A stretch of DNA of 64,000 nucleotides from an uncultured delta proteobacterium (GTDB taxonomy: Bacteria; Desulfobacterota; Syntrophia; Syntrophales; UBA5619): the NCBI GenBank assembly GCA_963817385.1, contig CAWFOM010000005.1, positions 160,001 through 224,000 on the forward strand. Reading direction: 5' to 3'. Of this stretch, positions 9,153 to 19,427 are shown piece after piece. Each line of letters starts with the position of its first letter. Position 1 is the first letter of the stretch. A model generated the notes under the pieces. The model did no database searches, had not been told where the DNA came from, and saw nothing but the letters and a program-made list of their open reading frames with translations. A program made the translations under genes and the position numbers.

Positions 9153-10428
9153 TCAACTCAAGCAGGTGAGCATCTCCATTACATGTTTACCCAAATCGTG
9201 CCTTAAATATTCGCCGTCGAACAGCTCCAGAAATACCATGCCACAGTTGTGGTCAAAGGATGGCGGAAGCGCTTCCCCTTGGAGAAACCTCCCTTCAACA
9301 TCCGCTTCTGTGCCGACTTTCGGATAGATGAGAAAACTTCGCTGTGCCCCGAACTGGACGTTGTATGCGTGCATCTGCTGGAGATCGGCGTCGCCCGGTT
9401 TACCGTCGACTGGGGATCTTCCATTTCGTGTCCATGACGACCTTCTCGCATCGGGACCGGTACCGATCTGGGCAATGATGTCGGGACGGATGGACTTCTG
9501 CATGCCGTCGGCCGTCCAAAAACGGCGGGACACTTGGGCCTTGAACGAAACCTTGGCGCGGTGCCTGCTTCGCCTCCTCCCGTTTCAGTTGGGCATAGAC
9601 AAAGCGTTCAAACAGGGAATTCATGTCGAACAGGATCGCCAGGACATTCTCTCTGCCGCCGCAGACATCCGGACAATAGTTCAGCAGGATCAGGCGGGCG
9701 AGTTGCAGCGCCCTGCGATAGCGTTCTGTGTTCCGGGTGAACGGGAGGCTGCTCGAAGGTCTGTTCCGTGACAGCAATCTCCCACATCCTCGAAAAGATT
9801 GTCAAGACTACTGTGCAAGGCCGACCAAGTGCGGATTGGACGAAACTCGGATGAGCACGTCCAGGGCGACACGCAGGATCTGGTTGAAGGGATTGTTCCG
9901 GTCATAGAACACGTGGGCCGTGAAGAAGCGCTCGCGGTGGACAAGGTTCTTGGTGAGCTGCTGTTGAAAGAGGATGCGGCCTTTCAGGGCGGAAGATTTC
10001 CGCAGGTTTGGCGATACTTTCTGAACCAGACCGTGATGCACCAGCTCATCGACCTCCGCCAGAAAGGATTCAAAGAAGATATCGAGTAATGAAGACGATG
10101 CGCAGTCGCAACCGGGCATCGGACATTGATTCCACCCGGATGAATCCGGACTGACGGAGCATCTCGATCAGCGCCTTCTGCCATTTCTCCTTTGGGTTGT
10201 CTGAATCAGGATCCTTGTCCGCCTTGGGCAGGATCTCAATCGTCAGATTCCCGACTTGAATGACCCCGACATAGTTACGGAAATGGATACGGTTCAAGCC
10301 GACGGCAAAGAACCGATTGCCATGGCGTTCGTTGTACTGCACCAGAGACTGGAAGTGGACGATCGTTAAAACCAGGCTCTTTCGTCGGATAGCGATGTAT
10401 GTTCGAAAACCTGGATTCTATTACTCAT
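9153..10428 (-). CDS. mcrC: McrC-family PD-(D/E)xK nuclease (multiple frameshifts)
   Basis: Fragments NYVGVIQVGNLTIEILPK, LKGRILF, FDMNSLFERFV, MDTKWK, DLQQMHAY; ATG overlaps the mcrB stop. Confidence 0.85.
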
Positions 10429-13400
10429 AGACTGACCGGAAATCCTCGATCGTTCAGCGTCATGGGATCCTGCAACGTGTAGACGTGTCGTTCTTCGAAA
10501 TCATCCGTGCCCCAGTCCCCTGCCGCCCACTCGATGGCTTCGTCTTTTCTCGTGACGAACGCCTCTCCCAAAACCATGCCGATCTTGCCCGGATCGCCGT
10601 AGAAGTATTCCTCCAGCAAGGGCAGGATCTTTGTCTGCGAAGATCAGGCGCAGTTCGTCAAGGGGGTTATCGTTCTTCTCAATTCCCATGAAGTAGGAAT
10701 GGCCGATGCAGTGATCCTTGTCCAACAGTTTCTCGATCCGTCCATTGATTGTTATGAGAAGCTTCCGGAGATCGACTTCAAACCTGCCGGTTGTTGAATC
10801 TGTTCGGGTTGGGGGTAGATGGCCACAAAGGTGAAGCGTCGACGGAGGGCCGTATCGAGCGCCTCCACACTCCGGTCGGCCGTATTCATGGCGCCGATGA
10901 TGTAGAGGTTATCGGGGACGACGAATTCCTCTCGGGAGTAGGGCAGCCTGCGCCCGGAGTTCGTTCGTTCGCCCTTTGCGTTTGTCCTCTTCAATCAGGG
11001 CAATCAGTTCGCCAAAGATGCTGGCCACGTTGCCGCGGTTGATCTCATCGATCAGAAGTGCGTAGTTGTGGTTGGGGTCATTCAAGGCCAGGTTAACCAT
11101 GTTCTTGAAGATTCCCGGCTTGACCTCGTAGGTCAGCGTCTCGGCCACCTCTTCGGACATTACGGGTTTGATGCCCTCGACGAAGTCCTCGTAGCAGTAG
11201 GATTGATGGAATGTGACGTATTCGTATCGCTTGATCTCCTTGGCAATTGGCTTGAATTCTTGGAACATCTTGAGTTTTTCGATCAGTTCCGGCAGTTGCT
11301 CGTCAACCATATCTCGGTCGACGGTCCAGACGGAGTTTTCATCTTTCCAGAAAATCAGTGGTTCATTCCGTTGCGCATTTTTTACGTTCGGGCAGTCTAT
11401 CTTTGTATGCTGCTGTAACCACGACCAAATTGTGTTCTTCGGATTCCGATTTGCCGAGAGGCGGATCTTGGCTTGCAGCAGAGGGTGATCAAAAATGGCG
11501 GATACCTTGGCCGATTTCAAGTCATAGAGGACGATGGTGATCACCTGCAGCCAGGTCATCTCCCCACAAGTTCCTGGGCAAACTGTTCCCGTGTGACCAT
11601 CTGGATTTCGGTAAACAGCTCCATGTACTTTTTTTGGAGGGCGTATGTCTTACCGGTGCCTGGGGGACCGTAGAGGATGGAATTCAGGGGGAAGGGATCA
11701 GGAGATGGTGAAGCGTGTGCCCCATGGAAAACCTTCTGCACGGCGTCCGGGTCGGTGACCTCCAACAGGGTTCCAAACCAGTTTCCACCCCCCGCTGAGG
11801 GAGCTTTGCCGTGGAACAGTGGTCGATTAAGCCGTTTGAGAGTGACAATACCGTTGTCGCGGTCGGTGGCATGCACCTCCCCAACATAGTGGACCTTCAG
11901 ATCATTGCGACCCCCGTAACCCTTGATGGCGAATTCATCTCCGGGCTTGATCTGATCGAACACCACCCAGTGGTCCATATGCTTCTTATCTGTTGCATCC
12001 CTGGCGTAGCCGGTCTTCCAGACGTTGCCCGATACGAACTCATCCAAGTGCGACTCTCCTTTGCCGGACTGGCCACCCCAGAGAAAACCACCTGCCCAGT
12101 ACCTTTTCACTTGTGGCACCCCACCTTTCACCTTGAAAAGACCATCCTTGAAGTTCCACGCCAAACCCGCGACTTTCCATGGACCTCGCTCGCTTCCGAA
12201 GTGCTTCTTGAATGTGGGAGTGGCCGACAAGGACGCCGCAAACTTGCCGGCTTTGGTGATTTTCCGGGCGTACGAACTACCTGTGCACAGTCGCTTGTTT
12301 GACCCTATTATCAGTGTGAACAATCGATTCCATCGGTTACCCCGAAAATCCACGTATCTGTCTGGATGCTTTGCGCTCATCAGAACGCTGGCGAACTGGG
12401 CAGCGCCTGATGCATCCTTCCCCTTCGGATCCGTGTACCCTTTTTCAGCCGCGGCTGCGATAAAAGCGTCCATGCGCGCCGTTTCCTCAATGCCCGCAGT
12501 GTCATCCAGCAGAGCGGCAATCGTATCCACCGCATCTACCGAGTTGAGAAACGTATTGCGGCGCATTGCGTCCTGCCCATTGGCCAAAACCCATAGCTTG
12601 ACCGAGACCTTCTGTAGCTCGTCCAGATTCACGGGTGATGATCCCAAGACGTCCCTGATTCTTGGCATCATCTTGAGCCGATTCGTGATCTCGCTCTCAT
12701 CCCCGTCTTCGGAAGTCTGGATTAGATACGCAACCACCTGCGGCACACTGATCTTGTTCTCATCTGCCATCTTTTGGAGGAGCGACGCTAGGCCAGCATC
12801 CAACTCGTCGGATGTCGCCGGAACCTGGTTGGCATACAGGTAAGCATCGCGAGATATCTGCGGGTAGTCCGTCCCAAGTTTTTGCCGCACCAGTTCGATG
12901 ATCTTCGTATACTCCCCAAGAGATTTAACCTTATAGGGTGATATCGAAATACCCTTGGACTCCAGATAGTCAGCCATCACGGAATCGAGGGCCAGATAGG
13001 CATCTGGGTTGAGCCAGAAAAGCCCCATCGTCAGCTTGGGCGCACCGATCTGCTTCACTTTCAGGCAGCGATCGAAGAGGGAAGCGTCAAGCTCATCGGG
13101 GGGAATCACCAGACAGGCTTGAGCCAGATCCCAGAGCGCCGGAACATCTCCTCCGTCCCGAACCCCAGCGTAGGGAAAGAACCATGTATTCTGGAGGCTG
13201 GCCGAGGGAATGCCGTGGAAATCACTGGGAACCGGCGAAACAAGTGAAAACTTTTCCTTGAGAATGCCTACAATCTTACGCTGGCTGTCTTCCTTCGTGC
13301 CCCTATTGAAGTTCGCAAAGAACGTGAATGGATCGATTTCAGCTAGTGCAATCTCAGCCCCGGCGGCATCCCGATCCTTCATCCCAGTTACGGGCAGGCC

Positions 13401-13505
13401 AGCCTGATGCATTTCCTTTAGTATGGCCAGCAAGTCAGCCTGCCTCTCTCTATAAGCCAACAGAGCCTGGGCAATTTCCCGATAGATCGGTTTCCATGTG
13501 AACAT
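10421..13505 (-). CDS. mcrB: McrB-family AAA+ GTPase with long multi-domain N-terminus (multiple frameshifts, about 1030 aa restored)
   Basis: [57 protein letters not shown] across consecutive ORFs. Confidence 0.9.
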
Positions 13506-13688
13506 GCTACATTGATCTCCTCTTGATTTGGAGAAGGGGCCGAAGTGACACCATCCCGTACATCATCGAATCAGACGGGTCCCCGACAGCGCAACCTTGT
13601 TTATGAAATTATTGGTGTCCCCTCCAATATTTCTCAACTTCCCAAAGAGCGGCACCTTCCATCGGCTCCCTTACCCTTGCCGTGTGCA

Positions 13689-13928
13689 TCACCATGCGTT
13701 TGAAATGCTTGCTGACATTATTTTTGCCCAACTTTTAAAATATGGGTCATATTTTTGGTTTGGGCTCGTCCGCGTTGGAAATGGTCCATCGTTCCTGATC
13801 GTCCTTTGTAAATGCTTCAGGTTTTCATCTACAAGGTCTTGCCAGAAAGAAGCATCAGATTGGCCTTCCTTCTTACCCCTCTCCTTATTCGTGATCACTA
13901 AACATTTCATATCTTTTTCACCACACAT
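13689..13928 (-). CDS. Small hypothetical protein or remnant
   Basis: 79 aa ORF abutting the UDG-like gene; no recognised motif. Confidence 0.3.
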   Translation of the reverse strand: MCGEKDMKCLVITNKERGKKEGQSDASFWQDLVDENLKHLQRTIRNDGPFPTRTSPNQKYDPYFKSWAKIMSASISNAW

Positions 13929-13929
13929 T

Positions 13930-14592
13930 CTATCTGATTTTGCTTATCTTCGCTCGTATGTTCTTCAACTCCCTTTCTTCTTTTTCCTTTCCTTCCCGAT
14001 GGGCATAATGCATCATGGTAATGACTTCGGCCTTGCGAGCTATATGCCGAACCTGTGCCAAAAAGTTGTGTGTACCGTTCCCGGAGAGAAGAATAACATC
14101 CGGGGCGATTGCTTTGATGAGACCACTCGTATGCGATTGAAAGCAACGATCAAGCATCTTGGGGAGATGTTTATTTTCTTTATCAGCACACCAAGCGATG
14201 TTTGCAAATGCTATCTCGTCCAAATCTAACTTTAAGCCGTCAAGGTAGAATTTCAAAAATCTTCCCTTTGGCGTTCCCCATCCCTGCATATGTTTTTTCG
14301 CGTAACACAAAAGCTCGATGAGTCCCACCTTACCATCTCTATATTCATGAAGGATTTTTTTGAAAGGCCGGTTGCTTTCGCGCTTTAATTTGCTATTGCC
14401 TGCCCCCGGATTCAACAAAAGCACAAGTTTTTTTACTGAGGCCGTCCAATAAATGGGACCGATCCATGCTGGCTGTGGAAGGTCGATTAGCGTGGTTTTC
14501 AATGGTGAATTTTCAAAGCACTTCTGTCGACATGTCATGGCTGCCCGATAGATCTTATCAACTCTCTTGTACCCTGCGGAATGCGGATGCAT
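13930..14592 (-). CDS. Uracil-DNA glycosylase superfamily protein
   Basis: PQPAWIG, LVLLLNPG, AFANIAWC, PDVILLSG, MMHYA align to UDG-fold motifs; GGAGGG RBS. Confidence 0.7.
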   Translation of the reverse strand: MHPHSAGYKRVDKIYRAAMTCRQKCFENSPLKTTLIDLPQPAWIGPIYWTASVKKLVLLLNPGAGNSKLKRESNRPFKKILHEYRDGKVGLIELLCYAKKHMQGWGTPKGRFLKFYLDGLKLDLDEIAFANIAWCADKENKHLPKMLDRCFQSHTSGLIKAIAPDVILLSGNGTHNFLAQVRHIARKAEVITMMHYAHREGKEKEERELKNIRAKISKIR

Positions 14593-14634
14593 GTTACTTC
14601 TCCCTCCTCTCGCTCGTAGTACAAAACGTTGTGC

Positions 14635-15198
14635 TCAAGAATTTCCTCTATATCGCGCTGAATTTTCTGCATTGCATATGGCTTTCAGGTCGACAATCGT
14701 CACCGGTTGACCTTGATAGCTTGTAGCTTCAATTATTCGGTCGCGAACCTGTTTGTCCGACGTGACAATGATCTTGATGATTAGCTCTCCATCTTTATCT
14801 TTAGATGTAGCTGAGTCGCCTTGGCAGTGGTAGTAAATGATTTTCGTTAGTTGCAGTCCATTAATGATCTGGATGTCTTGGAGCTGCATTGTCCGCCCTA
14901 CAACACAAGCGTTTGCTGCTATCATGGTAACACCATTATTCAGCGTCCAAAGGTCTGCCGGATCTGCAAGGGCGCGTATTATTTGTTCGTTGGCTTGATT
15001 TGTCGACAAAAAGTCCCAGCCGTCTGAATCAAAGAGAGACCTCCTCATGTGTCCGCTCTCGTCAGAAACAAACTTCCGATAATCCTCAAGCCGCACCCAT
15101 AATGTGTGTAACACCCAACTATCTTTTTCGATTGTCTGGTACATAAGGAAGGGAAGATCGAGAAACGATGATAAAGAAAACTTTTTCTCCTGCATCAT
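14635..15198 (-). CDS. AIPR (ParB-like) family protein, truncated/degenerate
   Basis: LWTLNNGVT, IQIINGLQ, IIEATSYQ match AIPR NNGIT / QIVNGxQT / ATNSQ motifs; only 187 aa. Confidence 0.65.
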   Translation of the reverse strand: MMQEKKFSLSSFLDLPFLMYQTIEKDSWVLHTLWVRLEDYRKFVSDESGHMRRSLFDSDGWDFLSTNQANEQIIRALADPADLWTLNNGVTMIAANACVVGRTMQLQDIQIINGLQLTKIIYYHCQGDSATSKDKDGELIIKIIVTSDKQVRDRIIEATSYQGQPVTIVDLKAICNAENSARYRGNS

Positions 15199-15276
15199 TT
15201 CCTCCGCAGTAAATAAAAAACCAGCGTGCTTCTTCTTATCATAATAGCTGAGGAAACAACATCCTAAATTTCTGAG

Positions 15277-15464
15277 TGAAATAAAGAAATTTCTTCAATG
15301 TCGACTATGGATTCACTTCAGGAAGACATGCTTTTTTCCAGTGAGCGGAAAAATACACAGTCAGCCCTACCACATTTCGAACCGAATTCAATGAGCTGGA
15401 CCGATCAGCCAAACCGAACAGTAGTATTTGAAGTCTTGCCTGCGCGGTCATATCCGGTAAACGC
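15277..15464 (+). repeat. Diverged direct repeat, copy B
   Basis: Partner of 3530-3720 at constant offset 11747 (CAGGAAG, CGATCAGCC, GACTAT blocks). Confidence 0.7.
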
Positions 15465-15504
15465 GTCTATCTCATATTCAGTTCAGCTAACGCTGTGTCC
15501 GTTA

Positions 15505-16173
15505 TCACCCCTCCAGGTTCACCGTCTCCACCAGCACCCGGGCCGTTCCCTCTTCATAGAAGCCCAGTTTCCTGGCGGCTCCGGCGCTCAGATCGATCAT
15601 GCGGCCGTCCACGAAAGGGCCGCGATCGTTCACCCGGACGATGATGCTGCGTTTGTTGGAGAGATTGGTCACCCGCACGAAGATGGGCAGGGGGAGGTAT
15701 TTGTGGGCGGCGCTCAAACCGTCGGGCTTGAAGGCCTCGCCGTTGGCCGTCATGCGCCCGCCCGGCTTCCGGTAGGTCTCATCCCCGTACCAGGAGGCGA
15801 TCCCCTGCTGCCGGTAGCTTTCCGCCTGCTTGACCCCCATGGGCTCATAGCGCTTGCCGAAAACCACGTAGGGCGAGGCCTTGACGCGGCCCTGGGCGAT
15901 GGCCTCCTTGGGGGAGAGGCCGTCGATGGTTTCGATCTCGCCGTGGGTCATCGGCCAGGAGAGGGGCGCGGTCACCACGTCAAAGGTGAATTCGCCGATC
16001 GTGTAAACGGTCTTGCCGGCAAACTTCGTAACCTTGTAGGCCATCACGACCGTTCCCTTGGTCAGTCGGTAGGTAGTCCTCACCACACTGCAGGCCGACA
16101 GGAGCGCGCAGAGCAGAGTCAGGAGCGTCAGGAAAACGAATAATGGCCGCCTTTTTCCAGGGGAAACACGCAC
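15505..16173 (-). CDS. rlpA: RlpA-family lytic transglycosylase lipoprotein
   Basis: Lipobox LSAC; GIASWYG, TANGE, AAHKYLP, RVNDRGPF, IDLS. Confidence 0.9.
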   Translation of the reverse strand: MRVSPGKRRPLFVFLTLLTLLCALLSACSVVRTTYRLTKGTVVMAYKVTKFAGKTVYTIGEFTFDVVTAPLSWPMTHGEIETIDGLSPKEAIAQGRVKASPYVVFGKRYEPMGVKQAESYRQQGIASWYGDETYRKPGGRMTANGEAFKPDGLSAAHKYLPLPIFVRVTNLSNKRSIIVRVNDRGPFVDGRMIDLSAGAARKLGFYEEGTARVLVETVNLEG

Positions 16174-16174
16174 C

Positions 16175-16709
16175 TTAATCACCCAAAAAGATCGCGACAA
16201 TCTGCTTCCTGTTGTCCGCGTACTGAGAGGTCGACAAGAGAGGGCACCGCTCTAACGATGCCGCACCGGTACGCAGGTCTGCAGCAAACGCAAGACAGGA
16301 GGGGTAGCCGCACTGCTTCTCGCAGAGTGCCCGGGGCAACAATCTGAAAAGAGCGTAAATGGTCGGGAGTTTCCGTTCCCGGGAGCTAGGCACCATGCGA
16401 TCACGCTCCAGCCAAACCCGATTGACCAGCTCCACTACCTCACCGGCACTCAGGGAGGCGGCGGATGCGTCAGGAATCATCCCAATCTGGATTTCGTGAG
16501 GGCGGAAGGCGTATCTGCGAGCCGTTACTGCTTCCTATCAGGACCTTGTTCTCCTGGTCGTACCAGGTCTCATCGAGAATACTGTTAAGATATGGCAGTA
16601 CGGCGCTGATATCCTCCGGCAGCGTTACAAGGACCCCATAGCGTCCGCTCCCGGGAGAGTGATGGTCCTCAACCAGTTCAAATCTGTAGGCGGTTATCAA
16701 CTTTTCCAT
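16175..16709 (-). CDS. (Fe-S)-binding protein with C-terminal FeS domain (frameshift near 16518)
   Basis: DISAVLPYLN; LPRALCEKQCGYPSCLAFA...CPLL; two ORFs join with a 1-nt correction. Confidence 0.75.
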
Positions 16710-16980
16710 CGCCTTGGTGGTATCATAAGTCTTTGGGCACATACAACCGGTATTCTCCGTCATGAAGGTCCATGCGGATGTGAAAGAGTCAGCAGCGTGG
16801 TGCCGCCGGCCCTCTGAAAAAGGAGGAACGTCAATGCTGCAATCACCAGAAACGCCTTGACACGCCGGATTGGTTCTCTTATCCTCGTCACACAAAATTC
16901 AGGTCTCGTGCACAGTTGCGTGGCAGGGGACTGATTTCGGGAAGTAATTCACATTGGTATCCCTAACGGAGGAGACAATC

Positions 16981-17478
16981 ATGGAAAATCGGGAAGTGCT
17001 CTTGAATGAAATCTATGAGAAGGCAATCGAAAATGACATGACCTATTTCGGTTGAACACAGTCCGTTCTTGCAGCTTTGCAGGAAAAGATGAATGTGGGC
17101 AGCACCGAGGTGTTCAAGGCCGGGAGCGCCCTGGCCGGCGGCGTGGCGCGGAGAGGCGAGACCTGCGGGGCCCTGACCGGCGCCATCATGGCGGTCTGCT
17201 GCGTCGTGGGACGCGAGCGACTCGAAGATCGGGAGCAGTACCAAAAAGCGATGGAAGAGGCCGGCCGGGTATATGACCGGTTCGATAAAGAAGTCGGCAA
17301 GACGCTCTGCGCCGAGATCCAGGAAAAGAAGTTCGGCAAGGCCTTTCGCATGTACGTCCCCGAGGAGAGGACGGCCTTTCACGATGCGGGCGGGCACAGC
17401 AAGACGGGCTGCCCCCAGGTGTGCGGGATAGCCGCCAGGATTGCCGCGGAGATCATTCTCGAGAAGCGCGCCGGGTGA
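16981..17478 (+). CDS. C-GCAxxG-C-C family selenoprotein (Sec at codon 25)
   Basis: GGAGG RBS, ATG 16981, in-frame TGA 17053-17055 in YFG-U-TQSV, then GETCGALTG, C, CxxxC. Confidence 0.85.
17066..17085 (+). promoter_or_regulatory. Putative bacterial SECIS hairpin
   Basis: TTCTTGCA-GCTT-TGCAGGAA, 8-bp stem with one G-U pair, beginning 11 nt after the UGA. Confidence 0.65.
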
Positions 17479-17487
17479 GATTCCCCG

Positions 17488-19154
17488 TCAGCCAGCCTTC
17501 ACCTCGGGGGGCGCGGTCTTTCCCGTGTAATGGCAGTAGCTGATGTACCCCCCCGAGAGGTTCGCCAGGCGTGCGAACCCGTACTGCTTGAGCACCCGGC
17601 AGGCCGCGTAGGAGCGGACGCCGGAACGACAGAGGACGACCAGGTCCCGGTCCTTCGGGAGTTCGCCGATCCGTTCCCGCAGCTCTTCCCGGGGGATGTT
17701 GATAGACTCCGGAATATTGCCGGCCTCGAATTCCTTTCGGGTCCGCACGTCGACGAAGAGCGCGTTCTCGATCGCCGCGGCCCGGTCGTAGGTCACCGAT
17801 TCCACGAGGCCCCTGAGGATGTTGCTGCCCACAAAGCCCGCCATGTTGACCGGATCCTTGGCGGAGCCGAAGGGCGGCGCGTAGGCGAGCTCCAGCTGCT
17901 CCAGGTCGTAAACCGTCATGCCCGCGCGGATGGCGGTCGCGATGATGTCGATCCGCTTGTCGACGCCGTCCGTCCCGATGCACTGGGCGCCGAGGATCCT
18001 GCCCCCTGGTACTTCGAAGAGGAGCTTCAGGGCCAGCGTCGCGGCGCCGGGGTAGTAGCCGGCGTGGCTGAGCGGATGGAGATGGATCGCCTGGTAGTCG
18101 AGGTTATTTCTCCGGGCCGTTTTTTCATTCAGTCCCGTCGCGGCCGCCTGCAGATCGAAGAGCTTCACAATGGCCGTGCCCAGCGACCCGGGGTAGCGGG
18201 AGTCGAGGCCGCAGATGTTGTCCGCGGCGATGCGGGCCTGCTTGTTGGCGGGACCCGCGAGCGGAAGGAGCACCTGCATCCCCCCGACGAAATGGGTGGT
18301 CTCGACGGCATCGCCGACGGCGAAGATGACGGGGTCGCTGGTCCTCATGGCCGCGTCGACGGCGATTCCGCCGGTGGCGCCGATCTTCAGGCCGGCCTCG
18401 CGGGCCAATTTGATCTCGGGCCGCACCCCCACGGCGCTCACCACCAATTGGGCGGGCAGTTCGGTCCCGATGCCAGAACGACCCTGCCCCGAGCATCGTC
18501 CACAATCCGTTTCACACCGTCGGAGAGGTGGAGGTCAATCCCCCCGGATGCAAGCCGGGCCTGGATGATCCCGGCCATCTCCGGATCAAAGGGCGTCATG
18601 ACCTGATCCAGCATCTCGACCAGGTGGGTCTTGATCCCCCGGTCGACCAGATTCTCCGCGATCTCCACGCCGATGAATCCCCCGCCGATGACGACCGCCT
18701 CCTGCACGCGCTGATCGTTGAGCCGGGCGATCACGGCGTCCATGCCGGGGATGTCGTAGAGGCTCATGAACATCGCGGCGCCGTTTCCCTCGATCGGCGG
18801 AATCAGGGGATAGGCCCCCGGAGACAGGACCAGGTAGTCGTACGATTCGGCGTATTCATCGCCCGTCGCCAGATTCCTGACCCGGACCTCCTTCCGATGC
18901 GGATCGATCGCCAGGACCTCGTTTTGCACCCGGACCTCGATCCGGAAATTGGTCCAGAGGCGCTCCGGCGTCTGCAGGAGCAGGCTTTTGCGTTCCTTGA
19001 TCCGGCCGGAAATATGGTACGGGAGGCCGCAATTGGCAAAGGAGATGTAATTGCCCCTCTCAAACACGATGATCTGCGCCTTCTCGTCGAGGCGTCGCAA
19101 CCGGGCGGCGGCCGTGGCGCCGCCCGCCACCCCGCCAACGACACACACCTTCAT
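17488..19154 (-). CDS. CoA-disulfide/persulfide reductase with rhodanese domain (frameshift near 18460)
   Basis: GGVAGG, SFANCGLPY, GGGFIG, YAPPF, DVRT...CRSGVRS. Confidence 0.9.
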
Positions 19155-19359
19155 TATCGCACTCCTAAATTGAAATTGACAAGGCATTTTTTTTCACGGC
19201 GGGATTATACCTACGTTTCGATCCATATTCAACAAAATGCTCCGGTGACCCAGCATCCACACTTGATTTGCTATATTTAAGCGTGATTTATGAAAAAAGG
19301 GGATACGCCGCAAGCTTATCGGTGGCTGCACGAACAAATCCCAGCGAACAAGTACCGCG

Positions 19360-19388
19360 TTGACTTTCACCTCCCGCGCATCTACAAT
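19360..19388 (+). promoter_or_regulatory. Sigma70-type promoter
   Basis: TTGACT-N17-TACAAT upstream of the M16 pair. Confidence 0.65.
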
Positions 19389-19427
19389 TCACCAGAGGAA
19401 ATATCAAATCTCAGTAAGGCGAGGTTT

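Noticed and set aside
10421..11560. Programmed frameshifting or multi-gene split of mcrB
   Set aside because: Indels go in both directions, lack slippery-site/hairpin signals and match the error pattern elsewhere
15298..16143. 281-aa plus-strand ORF
   Set aside because: Antisense to rlpA and begins inside the non-coding repeat
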